A DNA stretch of 64,000 nt from Synergistales bacterium (GTDB lineage: Bacteria > Synergistota > Synergistia > Synergistales > JAFGMB01): NCBI GenBank assembly GCA_963666205.1, contig OY762654.1, positions 1,920,001 to 1,984,000 of the forward strand. Direction: 5' to 3'. The notes under the pieces are model-generated. The model was given only the letters and a program-made list of their open reading frames with translations, was not told the origin of the DNA and did not search any database. The translations under genes and the position numbers were made by a program. Below, piece after piece: positions 1-9,424 of this stretch (positions are counted from its first letter, which is position 1; the number at the start of each line of letters is the position of its first letter).

Positions 1-210
1 GATGTTGGGGCCAGACCCTTCTCCCTCGATGCGGGCGGTCAATCCGGTTCTACCTACTCCTTCAGTTACGTTATAACCAAGATCCTGGAGATATAGAGAT
101 ATCTTCCGGGCGGTTTCAAATTCCTCAAAACTTAATTCAGGATTTCTGTGAAATTCACGAAAAAGGTTTCTCAATTCATCAGCAAGGGCAAAGCACTCTT
201 CTCTTATCAT
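1..210 (-). CDS. M20 family amidohydrolase, 5' part only (runs off window start)
   Basis: Not in ORF track. Manual translation from ATG at 210: MIREECFALADELRNLFREFHRNPELSFEEFETARKI...GVGRTG, with the HxxPELxxEEFET motif of M20D amidohydrolases; GAAGGGG RBS. Confidence 0.85.
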   Translation of the reverse strand, partial: MIREECFALADELRNLFREFHRNPELSFEEFETARKISLYLQDLGYNVTEGVGRTGLTARIEGEGSGPNI

Positions 211-291
211 GATCTCGTCCCCTTCCAGTTCTGATTTTTTTACCAGATTACCTTCCAGCAGTATAACATTATGAATTGAAGTGATGAAGAG

Positions 292-327
292 AAAAAAAAG
301 AGGAGCGGCCTGAAGACCGCTCCTCTT
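292..327 (-). terminator. Intrinsic terminator after PRTase gene
   Basis: GAGGAGCGG/CCGCTCCTC stem followed by a T8 run on the minus strand. Confidence 0.8.
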
Positions 328-904
328 AAAATGAAACAATTGATCTTGTATTATTTTTTTTCCCGGAAGTAAATACCGGAAGCTTTTCCAGGTATATAAG
401 ATCATCCTGGGAATATCCGCCTTCTTCAAGTAGTACAGCTGCTTTGGCTACGATAGTGCAATCGGCTTTTGCCAGGAGATTTTCGACAGCTTTAAGAGAA
501 CCTCCTGTAGATACTACGTCGTCGATTATGCATACCCTTCTGCCTTTCAGTTTCGCAACATCTAGTCCGTCCAGGGTTATGATCTGGGGCTCCCTTGTTG
601 TAATGGATTGTACCTTCTCGATGAGGGGATCCTCCATGTAACCCTTGACTGATTTTCTTATGATCACGTAATCAATGCCCAGTTTATTGGCCATCACGTG
701 GGTAAGGGGTATTCCCTTGGCCTCAGGGCATACCAGGATATCTATCCCTTCAGGCAGTTTTTTATAAAGCTCTTCCGCAGTCCTTTCTATAAGCTCAGTA
801 TCACCAAGCATTACGAAGGAGGCAATAGTGAGATCGTCACTGATTTTTATTTTCTTCAGTTTTCTGGTGATTCCGGCAACCTTCAGTTCGTAGAAATCAT
901 TCAT
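326..904 (-). CDS. Purine (adenine/xanthine) phosphoribosyltransferase family protein
   Basis: PRPP-binding motif IIDDVVSTGGS and PEAKGIP; start taken at MNDFY. Confidence 0.88.
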   Translation of the reverse strand: MNDFYELKVAGITRKLKKIKISDDLTIASFVMLGDTELIERTAEELYKKLPEGIDILVCPEAKGIPLTHVMANKLGIDYVIIRKSVKGYMEDPLIEKVQSITTREPQIITLDGLDVAKLKGRRVCIIDDVVSTGGSLKAVENLLAKADCTIVAKAAVLLEEGGYSQDDLIYLEKLPVFTSGKKNNTRSIVSF

Positions 905-909
905 GAGGA

Positions 910-2013
910 TCATAGCCCGAAAACGATTTTAATTGCCAGGCCCGCAAGGAGTCCGAAGAATGGATTCCACCTTGCTGAAACCAGGGTGGTAGCACCGATA
1001 ACCATTCCCCAGGGTCCGAAACCGTAAGGGCCAGCAAAGGCAGGCGCAGAGGCGATAGCTCCCTGGATATTGGTTGCGAAGGTTACAAAAGTTCCCAGTA
1101 TAAAAAGAAATCCTGCTATGGAGGACTTGTGGACGTATTTCCCGAGGACAGGAAGGAATCTGAACAGAAGGATAGCAGCCATGATGGCCATCATGAATAC
1201 GGAAGAACGTAATGGATTGGGAGCAGTGGCCGTACCTGAAATGATGGCTTCAACAGGGGCTCCTCCAAAAAGGGAAGATCCTATATCTGCCAGGCTTGAA
1301 TAAACAGCCAGATGGTCAATGTTGGTTTCGACACCGGCAATGCTTCCGGTTATTTTGCCAAAGCTTATGTTTGCTCCTATGTTAAGACAGGCCAGAGCCA
1401 GCGCTCCAAAGAGTATTCTGCTGTTTGACCAGAATTTCCACTCTATATTGCCGAGGTGAAATTTTTCGTTGGACAGGTCTATGGTTGTTTCCTCCATATG
1501 GACCTTCTTTGAATACTTGAGGTAGTTATAGACGGCAGTAGAAATGATAACTGAAATGATAATGGTTTTTGCAAGGTCCTGGGTCATAAACCAGACCACA
1601 AGGGCAGATATCATGGATGCGACTCCGGACCATTTCTCGGAGTTGAAAAGTTCTATGGCAACGTAGGCGAGCATTATACCCACACCTGCCATCATTGAGG
1701 TAACGATAGTGGGTCCGATAAATGCAACGATTGCTTCATTCAGGCCAAGAACGGATGGTATCAGAAGAAAAACTGCTCCCCAGAAGACAAGGCTCAGCCT
1801 TTCCTTTATGTTGTGCCCCATTGTTCCGGCCAGGGTGATGGTTTCCGCCTGGAAGGATATTGTAGCTACGGAGTTGAAGGCTATCGATCCGGCAATTCCT
1901 ATGAGAAAGGCAATTGCAGTGGGCAGGGCGGCAAAACCGAAACTCAGGGCCAGGATACCCTGGGGTATACCATTGATAACAACTGCCAATGCTGTTAGTA
2001 GATCAGTAAACAT
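910..2013 (-). CDS. NCS2/AzgA-like nucleobase permease
   Basis: Polytopic hydrophobic protein directly upstream of the PRTase; AAGGAGA RBS before MFTDLL. Confidence 0.75.
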   Translation of the reverse strand: MFTDLLTALAVVINGIPQGILALSFGFAALPTAIAFLIGIAGSIAFNSVATISFQAETITLAGTMGHNIKERLSLVFWGAVFLLIPSVLGLNEAIVAFIGPTIVTSMMAGVGIMLAYVAIELFNSEKWSGVASMISALVVWFMTQDLAKTIIISVIISTAVYNYLKYSKKVHMEETTIDLSNEKFHLGNIEWKFWSNSRILFGALALACLNIGANISFGKITGSIAGVETNIDHLAVYSSLADIGSSLFGGAPVEAIISGTATAPNPLRSSVFMMAIMAAILLFRFLPVLGKYVHKSSIAGFLFILGTFVTFATNIQGAIASAPAFAGPYGFGPWGMVIGATTLVSARWNPFFGLLAGLAIKIVFGL

Positions 2014-2307
2014 CAATAATCTCTCCTTTTTCAGATAAGGTTGGATAAATAAAAGGACAAAATGGTTCAAGCTGATCCCACAAGATGCGGGAATGGTATC
2101 TGAAGCTCCAAAGGGGATTTTATACGAGGAATCTATTTATTAAAAGTTTACTTTCGTAATTTTAATGTAAGGGAATCTGAATTCCCGACCTTTGGAATTA
2201 CCTATCTTCAGGGGTTGGATTTATTCCTTCCATACATATAGAATAAACAATTATTTCCTGATAGATTTGATAATAAACTACATCTTGCCTTAAGGAGTGA
2301 AAAAGAG

Positions 2308-3441
2308 ATGAAGATAAGAACCTTTGGTGTTGAACGCTGGATGGATGATTACGAGAACCTTGCCATAAATAATATAGCTGAAACCTGTGTCGATTCCATG
2401 ACAGTTGGGGAACTTCTCGAAATGACGGGAAAGACCGGGAAAATAATGGAAGAACTTCTGGATATGCGCCTTACCTACGGGCATATTCCGGGAAGCCCTT
2501 CCCTTAGACAGGGAATAGCAGGGCTCTATGAAAAACTTGAAGAAGATAATGTCCTTGTTATGAATGGCGGAAGCGCTGCCAACTTCATGATCTTTTATTC
2601 CCTGATCGAACCGGGGGATAAGGTTATCTCGGTTAACCCGACTTATCAACAGCTTTACAGTATTCCTGAATCCTTTGGAGCCAAAGTTGACATCCTTCCT
2701 CTGAAGGCTGAGGATGGTTTTTTCCCTGATCTGGAGAAACTGTCCATCATGGCAACGGCAGGTACGAAAATGATCTGTATCAATAACCCCAACAATCCTA
2801 CCGGCTCCCTCATGGATAGAGATATGCTTGAAAAAATAGTTGAAATAGCCAGGGGTTGCGGAGCCTGGCTGCACTGTGATGAGGTATACCGCATGCTGGT
2901 CCATGAACCTGGGATTGACGTGCCTTCCGTAGCTGATCTTTATGACAAAGGGATCAGTACCGGAAGTATGTCCAAGGCATTTTCTCTTGCGGGTCTGAGG
3001 GTGGGCTGGATGGCCGGTTGTAAGGATTTTATTGACGAGTGCATGCTCCGCAGGGATTATACGACCATCAGCTGCGGAATGATCGACGATGTCCTTGCCT
3101 CTATAGGACTGGAACATAAGGAGAAGATCCTGGAAAGAAATATTGCCATAGTGAGGAACAATGCTGCTATCCTTGACAGATGGGTAAAGAGTGAATCCAG
3201 GATAAGTTATGTCAAACCAAGGGGTGGTACCACAGCTTTCCTTCATTACGATTATGAAATTCCCTCAAGGGATTTCTGCAGGCGTCTTGTTGAAATGAAT
3301 GGAACACTGCTCGTACCGGGAGAATGTTTCGACATGGAGAACTACCTCCGGATAGGTTATGCTTTTGACCCGGATGTGCTGTCCAGGGGACTTGAAGGGA
3401 TATCGGAGTTTTTAAGAAAGCTGGAAAATGAGGGACTTTAG
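2308..3441 (+). CDS. PLP-dependent aminotransferase class I/II
   Basis: NNPNNPTG, DEVY and SMSKAFSLAGLRVGW motifs; AAGGAG RBS. Confidence 0.93.
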   Translation: MKIRTFGVERWMDDYENLAINNIAETCVDSMTVGELLEMTGKTGKIMEELLDMRLTYGHIPGSPSLRQGIAGLYEKLEEDNVLVMNGGSAANFMIFYSLIEPGDKVISVNPTYQQLYSIPESFGAKVDILPLKAEDGFFPDLEKLSIMATAGTKMICINNPNNPTGSLMDRDMLEKIVEIARGCGAWLHCDEVYRMLVHEPGIDVPSVADLYDKGISTGSMSKAFSLAGLRVGWMAGCKDFIDECMLRRDYTTISCGMIDDVLASIGLEHKEKILERNIAIVRNNAAILDRWVKSESRISYVKPRGGTTAFLHYDYEIPSRDFCRRLVEMNGTLLVPGECFDMENYLRIGYAFDPDVLSRGLEGISEFLRKLENEGL

Positions 3442-3612
3442 GATCCATCCTGATTCATTGCATGAAGGCAATGAATGTGATGTTATTTCAGGGGAAAGGG
3501 AGAGACCTTTTTATTTTTCTGTTATTTTTCTTTTCCATATATCTGTTACTGTTTTTTTGAAGCGTGTAACCTTAGACTGTTGTTGTACAACCATAAAAAG
3601 GGAGGAACTTGG

Positions 3613-4308
3613 ATGAAGACCATTGGAGTAATTGCAGGTGTGAGCTGGGAATCTTCCATAGACTACTATCGGATACTTAACGAGGAAGTGAGCAGACGTC
3701 TTGGTGGACTGCATTCCGCAAAGATAGCCATGTATTCCGTCGATTTCGAAGAGGTTGAAGGCCCTCTGAGTGCAGGCCGAAGAGACGAAGCTGCAGCAAA
3801 GATCGTAGAGGCAGGGAAGAGTATACAGAGTGCAGGAGCAGACTTCTTTGTGATCTGTTCCAATACCATAGGAATGTTCACCCCCGATGTTGAAAAGGCA
3901 ACAGGGATGAAGGGCATTTTTATCGCAGATGCCGTGGGGAGCGCAATACAGAAAAAGGGAATGAAGAAGGTTGCCCTTCTGGGCACCAGGTTCACCATGG
4001 AAGAGGATTTCTACAAGAAGGTCCTCATTGAGAACTATGGTCTGGAACCCATGATCCCCGATGATGAAGGAAGAAAGATCGTTGATGATATCATCTGGAA
4101 TGAACTCTGCGTGGGTATAATCAGGGATGAATCCAGGGAGAAATATGTAAGAATAATTGAGGATCTTGCAGCGAAGGGCGCAGAATGTGCTGCCCTGTCG
4201 TGTACCGAGATCCCCCTGCTGGTAAAACAGGAGGATGTTTCCATCCCAGTATTCGATTCGACCATGATCCATTCCCTTGCTGCAGTGGAAATGGCCCTGG
4301 CAGAATAG
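3613..4308 (+). CDS. Aspartate/glutamate racemase family protein (YgeA/RacX-like)
   Basis: GVSWESSIDYY, ICSNT and SCTEIP two-cysteine motifs; GGAGG RBS. Confidence 0.92.
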   Translation: MKTIGVIAGVSWESSIDYYRILNEEVSRRLGGLHSAKIAMYSVDFEEVEGPLSAGRRDEAAAKIVEAGKSIQSAGADFFVICSNTIGMFTPDVEKATGMKGIFIADAVGSAIQKKGMKKVALLGTRFTMEEDFYKKVLIENYGLEPMIPDDEGRKIVDDIIWNELCVGIIRDESREKYVRIIEDLAAKGAECAALSCTEIPLLVKQEDVSIPVFDSTMIHSLAAVEMALAE

Positions 4309-4321
4309 GTTTTTTATCAAC

Positions 4322-4358
4322 AGAGAAGGCCGGTCTCAACAGGGACCGGCCTTCTCTC
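4322..4358. terminator. GC-rich hairpin, probable terminator
   Basis: AGAGAAGGCCGGTC/GACCGGCCTTCTCT inverted repeat after the racemase; no strong U tract. Confidence 0.55.
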
Positions 4359-4398
4359 TATCTGACAGGAATAAATGGTTCTCCGAGGAGGGATCTTT

Positions 4399-5577
4399 AT
4401 GACCGTATGTATTGCAGGCCATGCAGGAATAGCCCACAATTTCGGGCATTCCGGGCTGGTTCAGGATGATGCACAGGGTTTCAGCGCAGCAGCAGGGATT
4501 CTAAAAAAGCATATACAAGTGGACACCTCAATCAAGGATATCTGTTTTGATGATCAGGAGGGCAGCCTTTTTATTTTCACCGCCTCGGGTGGCTGCGGTA
4601 AGGCAAGACCGAGAAGGGGCTTTACTCCTTTTGAGAAGGAAATGCTTTCAGGTCTTAAGGGTATGGAAGCAACCCTTCCACAGGTTGCAGTACTGAAGAT
4701 CTTTGGAAGGTTTTATGGACACGGTGTGACAGAGGTCCCTGCTTCGGTGGAATTTGCACTGGCTGAGGCTGCCATTGACAGCTTTGCCAGGAATATTGAG
4801 GGATTTGTTATTGCCCGAAGGGATTCAGTCTGGTTCAGCGACATCATTGGAGGGATTAAGTTAGATCCTGAAGGCAGTCCACTGGTGATAATGCTGTCAA
4901 TAAATGGATCCCGAAGAGGAGTTGGTCCCAATGAGGACCTTGAGGGCAATATTCCCCTTTCCGTTAAAAAAGAGGTTATGGAGAAACTTCAGATAATGAA
5001 AACTCCCACCATCATTCTTGAAAGCAAGGCTTTTGTACCCGCTTTAAAGGATATTGAAACAGATCATTTTCTGGTGCGGTTCAACTCGGAAATCGATAAC
5101 ACCGCGGTAGGTTATGCTATCGAAAAAGCCCTCAAGGATCTTGAACTGCCCTATGTTTTAAAAAGTGATGCTTTTCCTGAAGACCCCGGTCTTATGAAAC
5201 GAGGGGTAGAAAAAGTTGCAGATATGATAGGTTCCTGTGCAGAACGTTTGAGAAACAGTACTACATCCGAAGAGAGAGTACAGATCGGAGCCGACCTTGC
5301 TTCAATAATTTCCGAGGATTACGGCGGAGCCATATTTATGTCTGATCCCCTTCATGTGATTGTCCGTGCAGCAGGTCTACTTCCTGGCACCGCAGCAGTT
5401 ATTTCCAGAATTGTGCCACCTTCTTACGTGAGAACGAATATTATTCCCTTTACGACAGAGGAGGATATAGAGGATATGGCAAGGGTAGCCCTTGCCGCCG
5501 CCCGCAATATTGAAGGGAATCCTCAAAAGGCTATGCAAGAGCTGGAATCAAAATATTCCTGGGTTGAAAGTTTTTAG
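4399..5577 (+). CDS. Hypothetical protein (GHAGIAH...VQDD N-terminus)
   Basis: 392-aa ORF with GAGGAGG RBS and enzyme-like composition; family not recognised. Confidence 0.8.
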   Translation: MTVCIAGHAGIAHNFGHSGLVQDDAQGFSAAAGILKKHIQVDTSIKDICFDDQEGSLFIFTASGGCGKARPRRGFTPFEKEMLSGLKGMEATLPQVAVLKIFGRFYGHGVTEVPASVEFALAEAAIDSFARNIEGFVIARRDSVWFSDIIGGIKLDPEGSPLVIMLSINGSRRGVGPNEDLEGNIPLSVKKEVMEKLQIMKTPTIILESKAFVPALKDIETDHFLVRFNSEIDNTAVGYAIEKALKDLELPYVLKSDAFPEDPGLMKRGVEKVADMIGSCAERLRNSTTSEERVQIGADLASIISEDYGGAIFMSDPLHVIVRAAGLLPGTAAVISRIVPPSYVRTNIIPFTTEEDIEDMARVALAAARNIEGNPQKAMQELESKYSWVESF

Positions 5578-5630
5578 AAGAAATATCTGATGTAATAAGG
5601 CAATTAAATTGAGAGTCAGGAAACCCCGTC

Positions 5631-5691
5631 TTGACTTTTTAATGACATATCTGTATATGTGGATATGCGCATATGCAGATATACAGATATG
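5631..5691 (+). promoter_or_regulatory. ars promoter with overlapping ArsR operator palindrome
   Basis: TTGACT (5631)-17 bp-TATATG (5654); concentric inverted repeat CATATCTGTATAT-N4-ATATGC|GCATAT-N4-ATATACAGATATG at 5646-5691. Confidence 0.75.
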
Positions 5692-5714
5692 AATATTTTC
5701 TGGAGGTGTTTAAT

Positions 5715-6041
5715 CTGGAGAAAACAACATCCCTGTTTAAAACTTTATCGGATCCAACCAGGCTTCAGATACTTCTTATTCTTCTTTTTCATGGCGAGAC
5801 ATGTGTCTGTCAATTTACCCGCTGCCTTGAAGCTCCCCAGTCACTCGTTTCCAGGCACCTCAGGGTCTTAAGGGAAAATGGACTTGTAGAAGGGGAACAG
5901 AAACAGCAGTGGGTATACTACCGGATCAGTGATTCCCTGGACCATATGGAGATACGTATCCTGAAGGTTTTGAGGGAAAATTATGAGGGTCATAGAAAAA
6001 TTGATTGTTTTCTGAAGAAGATCAGTGAAAATCCCTGCTGA
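5715..6041 (+). CDS. arsR: ArsR/SmtB family metalloregulator
   Basis: FKTLSDPTRLQIL, ETCVCQF alpha3 Cys box, SRHLRVLRE. Start uncertain (CTG 5715 behind GGAGG, or ATG 5673). Confidence 0.9.
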   Translation: MEKTTSLFKTLSDPTRLQILLILLFHGETCVCQFTRCLEAPQSLVSRHLRVLRENGLVEGEQKQQWVYYRISDSLDHMEIRILKVLRENYEGHRKIDCFLKKISENPC

Positions 6042-6072
6042 TTTTTTCTGTTATACAGAAGGAGTTGATCTG

Positions 6073-6567
6073 ATGAGAGAGGGAAGAATGGCATTTACAG
6101 GGTATTCCGTTCTTTTAATGATAGTGGTGGGTTTTATCTTTCTTTCTGGGGTGGTTTTTCCATCTTCTGCCCGGGAAATGGTCCAGAACTCTGCCGTTGA
6201 TAGTATCAATGGATATGAATATGGAGAGGACAGTCAATTTGTTGTTTATTATTTTCATGGCAACAAAAGATGTTCGACCTGTAAAAAACTTGAGAAATAT
6301 AGTGAAGAAGGGGTTAATTCACAGCAGGTCATGGACAGGACCGGTATTACCCTTCCCCTTGAGATAGTCAATTTTGATAGCCCGGAAAATAACCATTTTA
6401 TGGATGATTTTGATCTTTACACCCAGTCGCTGGTAATTACAGAGGCGAGGAATGGCCAGATACTCAGATGGGAGAACCTCGACCAGATATGGATGCTGGT
6501 AGGTGACAGAGAAGAATTTATTAAATACGTTCAGGATGAAATATGTTCATTTGTGAAGGGTGAATGA
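6073..6567 (+). CDS. ArsF-like thioredoxin-fold exported protein
   Basis: N-terminal signal/TM segment; VYYFHGNKRCSTC CxxC motif typical of the ArsF family; ars operon context. Confidence 0.78.
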   Translation: MREGRMAFTGYSVLLMIVVGFIFLSGVVFPSSAREMVQNSAVDSINGYEYGEDSQFVVYYFHGNKRCSTCKKLEKYSEEGVNSQQVMDRTGITLPLEIVNFDSPENNHFMDDFDLYTQSLVITEARNGQILRWENLDQIWMLVGDREEFIKYVQDEICSFVKGE

Positions 6568-7261
6568 TGTGGGTATCTCCCTTGTGGGTCTAGCCGGAGC
6601 TCTATGGTTGGGAATACTTGTTGCCGTAAGCCCATGCCCACTGGCTACTAATATTCTTGCCATTACCTACATAGGTCGAGGAACAGAAGTTCGGATCTGG
6701 AGTGTTTTAGCCAGAGGAGGCTACTACATACTTGGCAGGGCTCTGGCTTACCTGCTTCTCGGTTACGTTCTTGCGGCCGGGGCTATGTCTGTACCATCCC
6801 TTTCACGATTCCTGCAGAATGATTTCAACAGGATACTTGGTCCTGTGCTTATAATTGCAGGCTGCTCTATTCTTGGTTTATTCAAGCTGGATATACCCTT
6901 TCTGAGAGTTGGTGAAAATCTTGCTGGAAGGGTTTGCGGAAATGGAATTACGGGAAGTTTCCTCCTGGGAGTGATATTTGCCCTTTCTTTCTGTCCAGTA
7001 TCGGCAGCCCTGTTCTTTGGAAGCCTTGTCCCACTTGCCATAAAGAGCCATGCCAGTTTTCTGGCCCCCCTTGCTTTCAGCATAGGGACTTCTCTCCCGG
7101 TAGTGTTGTTTGCCATCCTTCTGGCCTTTGGAACTGCTTACGTCGGAAGTGTCTATAAACGTATAAAACAAGTGGAAATATGGTTTCGAAGACTGACAGG
7201 AGTCCTTTTTGTAGCCGTGGGATTTTATTTTGTATTTATTCATCTTTTCAATATCTTATAA
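6560..7261 (+). CDS. ArsG/CcdA-like membrane protein (aromatic arsenical efflux permease family)
   Basis: SPCPLATNI and FCPVSAALFFG TM cysteine motifs; overlaps the upstream stop codon. Confidence 0.8.
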   Translation: MNDVGISLVGLAGALWLGILVAVSPCPLATNILAITYIGRGTEVRIWSVLARGGYYILGRALAYLLLGYVLAAGAMSVPSLSRFLQNDFNRILGPVLIIAGCSILGLFKLDIPFLRVGENLAGRVCGNGITGSFLLGVIFALSFCPVSAALFFGSLVPLAIKSHASFLAPLAFSIGTSLPVVLFAILLAFGTAYVGSVYKRIKQVEIWFRRLTGVLFVAVGFYFVFIHLFNIL

Positions 7262-7310
7262 AAGCATCTTGAACTTGTTGAGCAGGTAAAAAATTCTGGA
7301 GGTGCTATGT

Positions 7311-8531
7311 GTGATGGCAGAAACTGCGGCAGTCAAAACCAGTCCGAAGGGGCTTGGTTTTTTTGAGAAATACCTTACTGTATGGGTTTTTCTGAGTATC
7401 CTGGCTGGCATAGGCCTTGGAAAGGTGGCTCCAGAATTAGCCGCCGGACTGGATGGCATGGCCATCTCGGTAAGCGGTGCACCTGTAGTATCCATACCTA
7501 TAGCCATATGTCTTTTCTTCATGATGTATCCCATCATGGTGAAGATAGATTTTGATGAGGTTGTACAGGCCGGCAAGAGTATAAAACCGGTAGGGCTGAC
7601 TCTTTTTATAAACTGGGCAATCAAACCCTTTACTATGTATGCCATATCTATATTTTTTCTTGGAACCCTTTTTCTCAGGTTTATAGGTCCTGAATCAATG
7701 GATCTTTTGAAGATGCCCTTTGGTCTGGATCTTGCTGTGGGAGAAACCTATGGAGTTGGCAGAGTAATCCTTGTAAACGGGATAAAGATGCTGGAAGTCC
7801 CTCTATGGAGGAGCTATCTTGCAGGGTGTATTCTTCTCGGGATAGCTCCATGTACGGCAATGGTCCTTGTCTGGGGTTTTCTGGCCAGGGGTAACGACGG
7901 ACATACTCTGGTAATGGTGGCAATAAATTCTCTAACCATGCTTGTCCTTTACGGAGTCCTTGGAGGTTTTCTTCTTGGAGTTGGAAGGATACCTGTACCG
8001 TGGGAGGCCCTTCTGTTATCCATTTCCATATATGTGGCCCTGCCTTTAGTGGCTGGTTATTTTTCCCGTAAATTCATATTCAGGACCTTTGGGAGAGAGT
8101 GGTTCGAGGAAAAATTTCTACATGTTCTTACGCCTGTGACAATAACCGCCCTTCTTATCACGCTGGTACTCCTTTTCTCCTTCAAGGGAGAGGTTATCTT
8201 AACTAAACCTCTTACCATTTTATGGATCGCTATTCCCCTCTTTATTCAGACAGTGCTGATATTCGCGTTAGGTTACTGGTTTGCCAGGATACTGGGCCTG
8301 AAATATGCCGATGCGGCTCCATCTGCCATGATCGGGGCTTCAAACCATTTTGAGGTTGCCATCGCTACTGCCACCATGCTCTTTGGTATTTCATCCGGAG
8401 CTGCACTTGCAACAGTGGTGGGAGTCCTGATAGAGGTTCCGGTAATGCTGATGCTTGTCAGGATCTGTCTCAATACTCAGCACTGGTTTCAGAAGGGTGG
8501 CTCCGGATCTGAGGTCAAAACAGCAGGATAA
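7311..8531 (+). CDS. acr3: ACR3 family arsenite efflux transporter
   Basis: [38 protein letters not shown] and [10 protein letters not shown] motifs. Confidence 0.96.
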   Translation: MMAETAAVKTSPKGLGFFEKYLTVWVFLSILAGIGLGKVAPELAAGLDGMAISVSGAPVVSIPIAICLFFMMYPIMVKIDFDEVVQAGKSIKPVGLTLFINWAIKPFTMYAISIFFLGTLFLRFIGPESMDLLKMPFGLDLAVGETYGVGRVILVNGIKMLEVPLWRSYLAGCILLGIAPCTAMVLVWGFLARGNDGHTLVMVAINSLTMLVLYGVLGGFLLGVGRIPVPWEALLLSISIYVALPLVAGYFSRKFIFRTFGREWFEEKFLHVLTPVTITALLITLVLLFSFKGEVILTKPLTILWIAIPLFIQTVLIFALGYWFARILGLKYADAAPSAMIGASNHFEVAIATATMLFGISSGAALATVVGVLIEVPVMLMLVRICLNTQHWFQKGGSGSEVKTAG

Positions 8532-8549
8532 TCCAGGAGATTTCAGATG

Positions 8550-8587
8550 ACAGGGGCTCCTGTAGGTTATACTACTGGAGCCCCTGT
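8550..8587. terminator. Bidirectional terminator between convergent genes
   Basis: ACAGGGGCTCC...GGAGCCCCTGT stem. Confidence 0.7.
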
Positions 8588-8607
8588 TTATACAGTAAAA
8601 ACGTGAC

Positions 8608-9420
8608 TTATGAGGTTATAAATTCCATCACTGCATAGGCGAGTTTTTTCGGGAACTGGTAAAGCATTCCGTGCCCTCCATTTTCTATTTTTACGATTGT
8701 GGCATCTGGAATCAGATCGAAAAGAATATCCGAATTTTCGGGCAGAACAATGGCATCTTCGGTACCTGTAAGGAGAAGGGTTCTCTTCTGAAGTTCCTTC
8801 AGCCTGGTGAATGTTCCAGTCCATGACAGTATGGCCTTTGCCTGTTCTCTTATGGTGTCCATGTACTCAACGTAAACTGTCATGGGTCTGGCGGTGAAGG
8901 CCTTTGCAAAGCCTGCTTCATCCCTTAGCCATGATGGTGGGAACATGAGATCCAGTGCCCTTTGTGTCATTTCTTCCGGAGATGCGGTAGTATCGAAAAG
9001 CCGTTTTGTTACTTCGGGGGAAGGCATTATAGCTTCAGAACCGCCACAGTTGCTTGCATAGAGGATAAGTTTCATGACCTTGTCCGGGAAATTCAGGGCC
9101 AGTTCCTGGGCTATGAAACTTCCCATGGACCAGCCCAGAACATGGGCGCTGTCTATGGAAAGGGCTTCCAGAAGCCCTGAGGAGTCCCTGGCAAACTGAT
9201 CTATGGAAAAAGGCGCAGAACCTTTTCCAGAACTTCCCATACCCCTGTTGTCGAAGGCTATGACTTTGAACCTGGAGGCCAGCAGGTCTATGAATGTCAT
9301 TCCCCAGTAGTCCATAAGGGCAGCAAAACCGGTTATCAGGAGTAGGGGTTCTCCCTCTCCCTGTATTGAATAGGAAATTTGGGTATCTCCTAAATTTACT
9401 TTGTTAAAAAAGTTAACCAT
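8608..9420 (-). CDS. Alpha/beta fold hydrolase
   Basis: FDNRGMGSS, GWSMG nucleophile elbow, GTED, GGHG. Confidence 0.9.
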   Translation of the reverse strand: MVNFFNKVNLGDTQISYSIQGEGEPLLLITGFAALMDYWGMTFIDLLASRFKVIAFDNRGMGSSGKGSAPFSIDQFARDSSGLLEALSIDSAHVLGWSMGSFIAQELALNFPDKVMKLILYASNCGGSEAIMPSPEVTKRLFDTTASPEEMTQRALDLMFPPSWLRDEAGFAKAFTARPMTVYVEYMDTIREQAKAILSWTGTFTRLKELQKRTLLLTGTEDAIVLPENSDILFDLIPDATIVKIENGGHGMLYQFPKKLAYAVMEFITS

Positions 9421-9424
9421 TTTT

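Noticed and set aside
2060-2130. Purine riboswitch upstream of the nucleobase permease (minus strand begins CTCGTATAA and has a hairpin)
   Set aside because: Lacks the TTTCTACC junction, loop-loop residues and the 3' P1 strand (GACTAYGAG); the TATAA is more simply a -10 element.
2290-3246. Long antisense ORFs (also 25249-26409, 52516-53898, 56233-57285, 3511-4320 and others)
   Set aside because: Shadows of well-supported genes on the opposite strand; no motifs or RBS.
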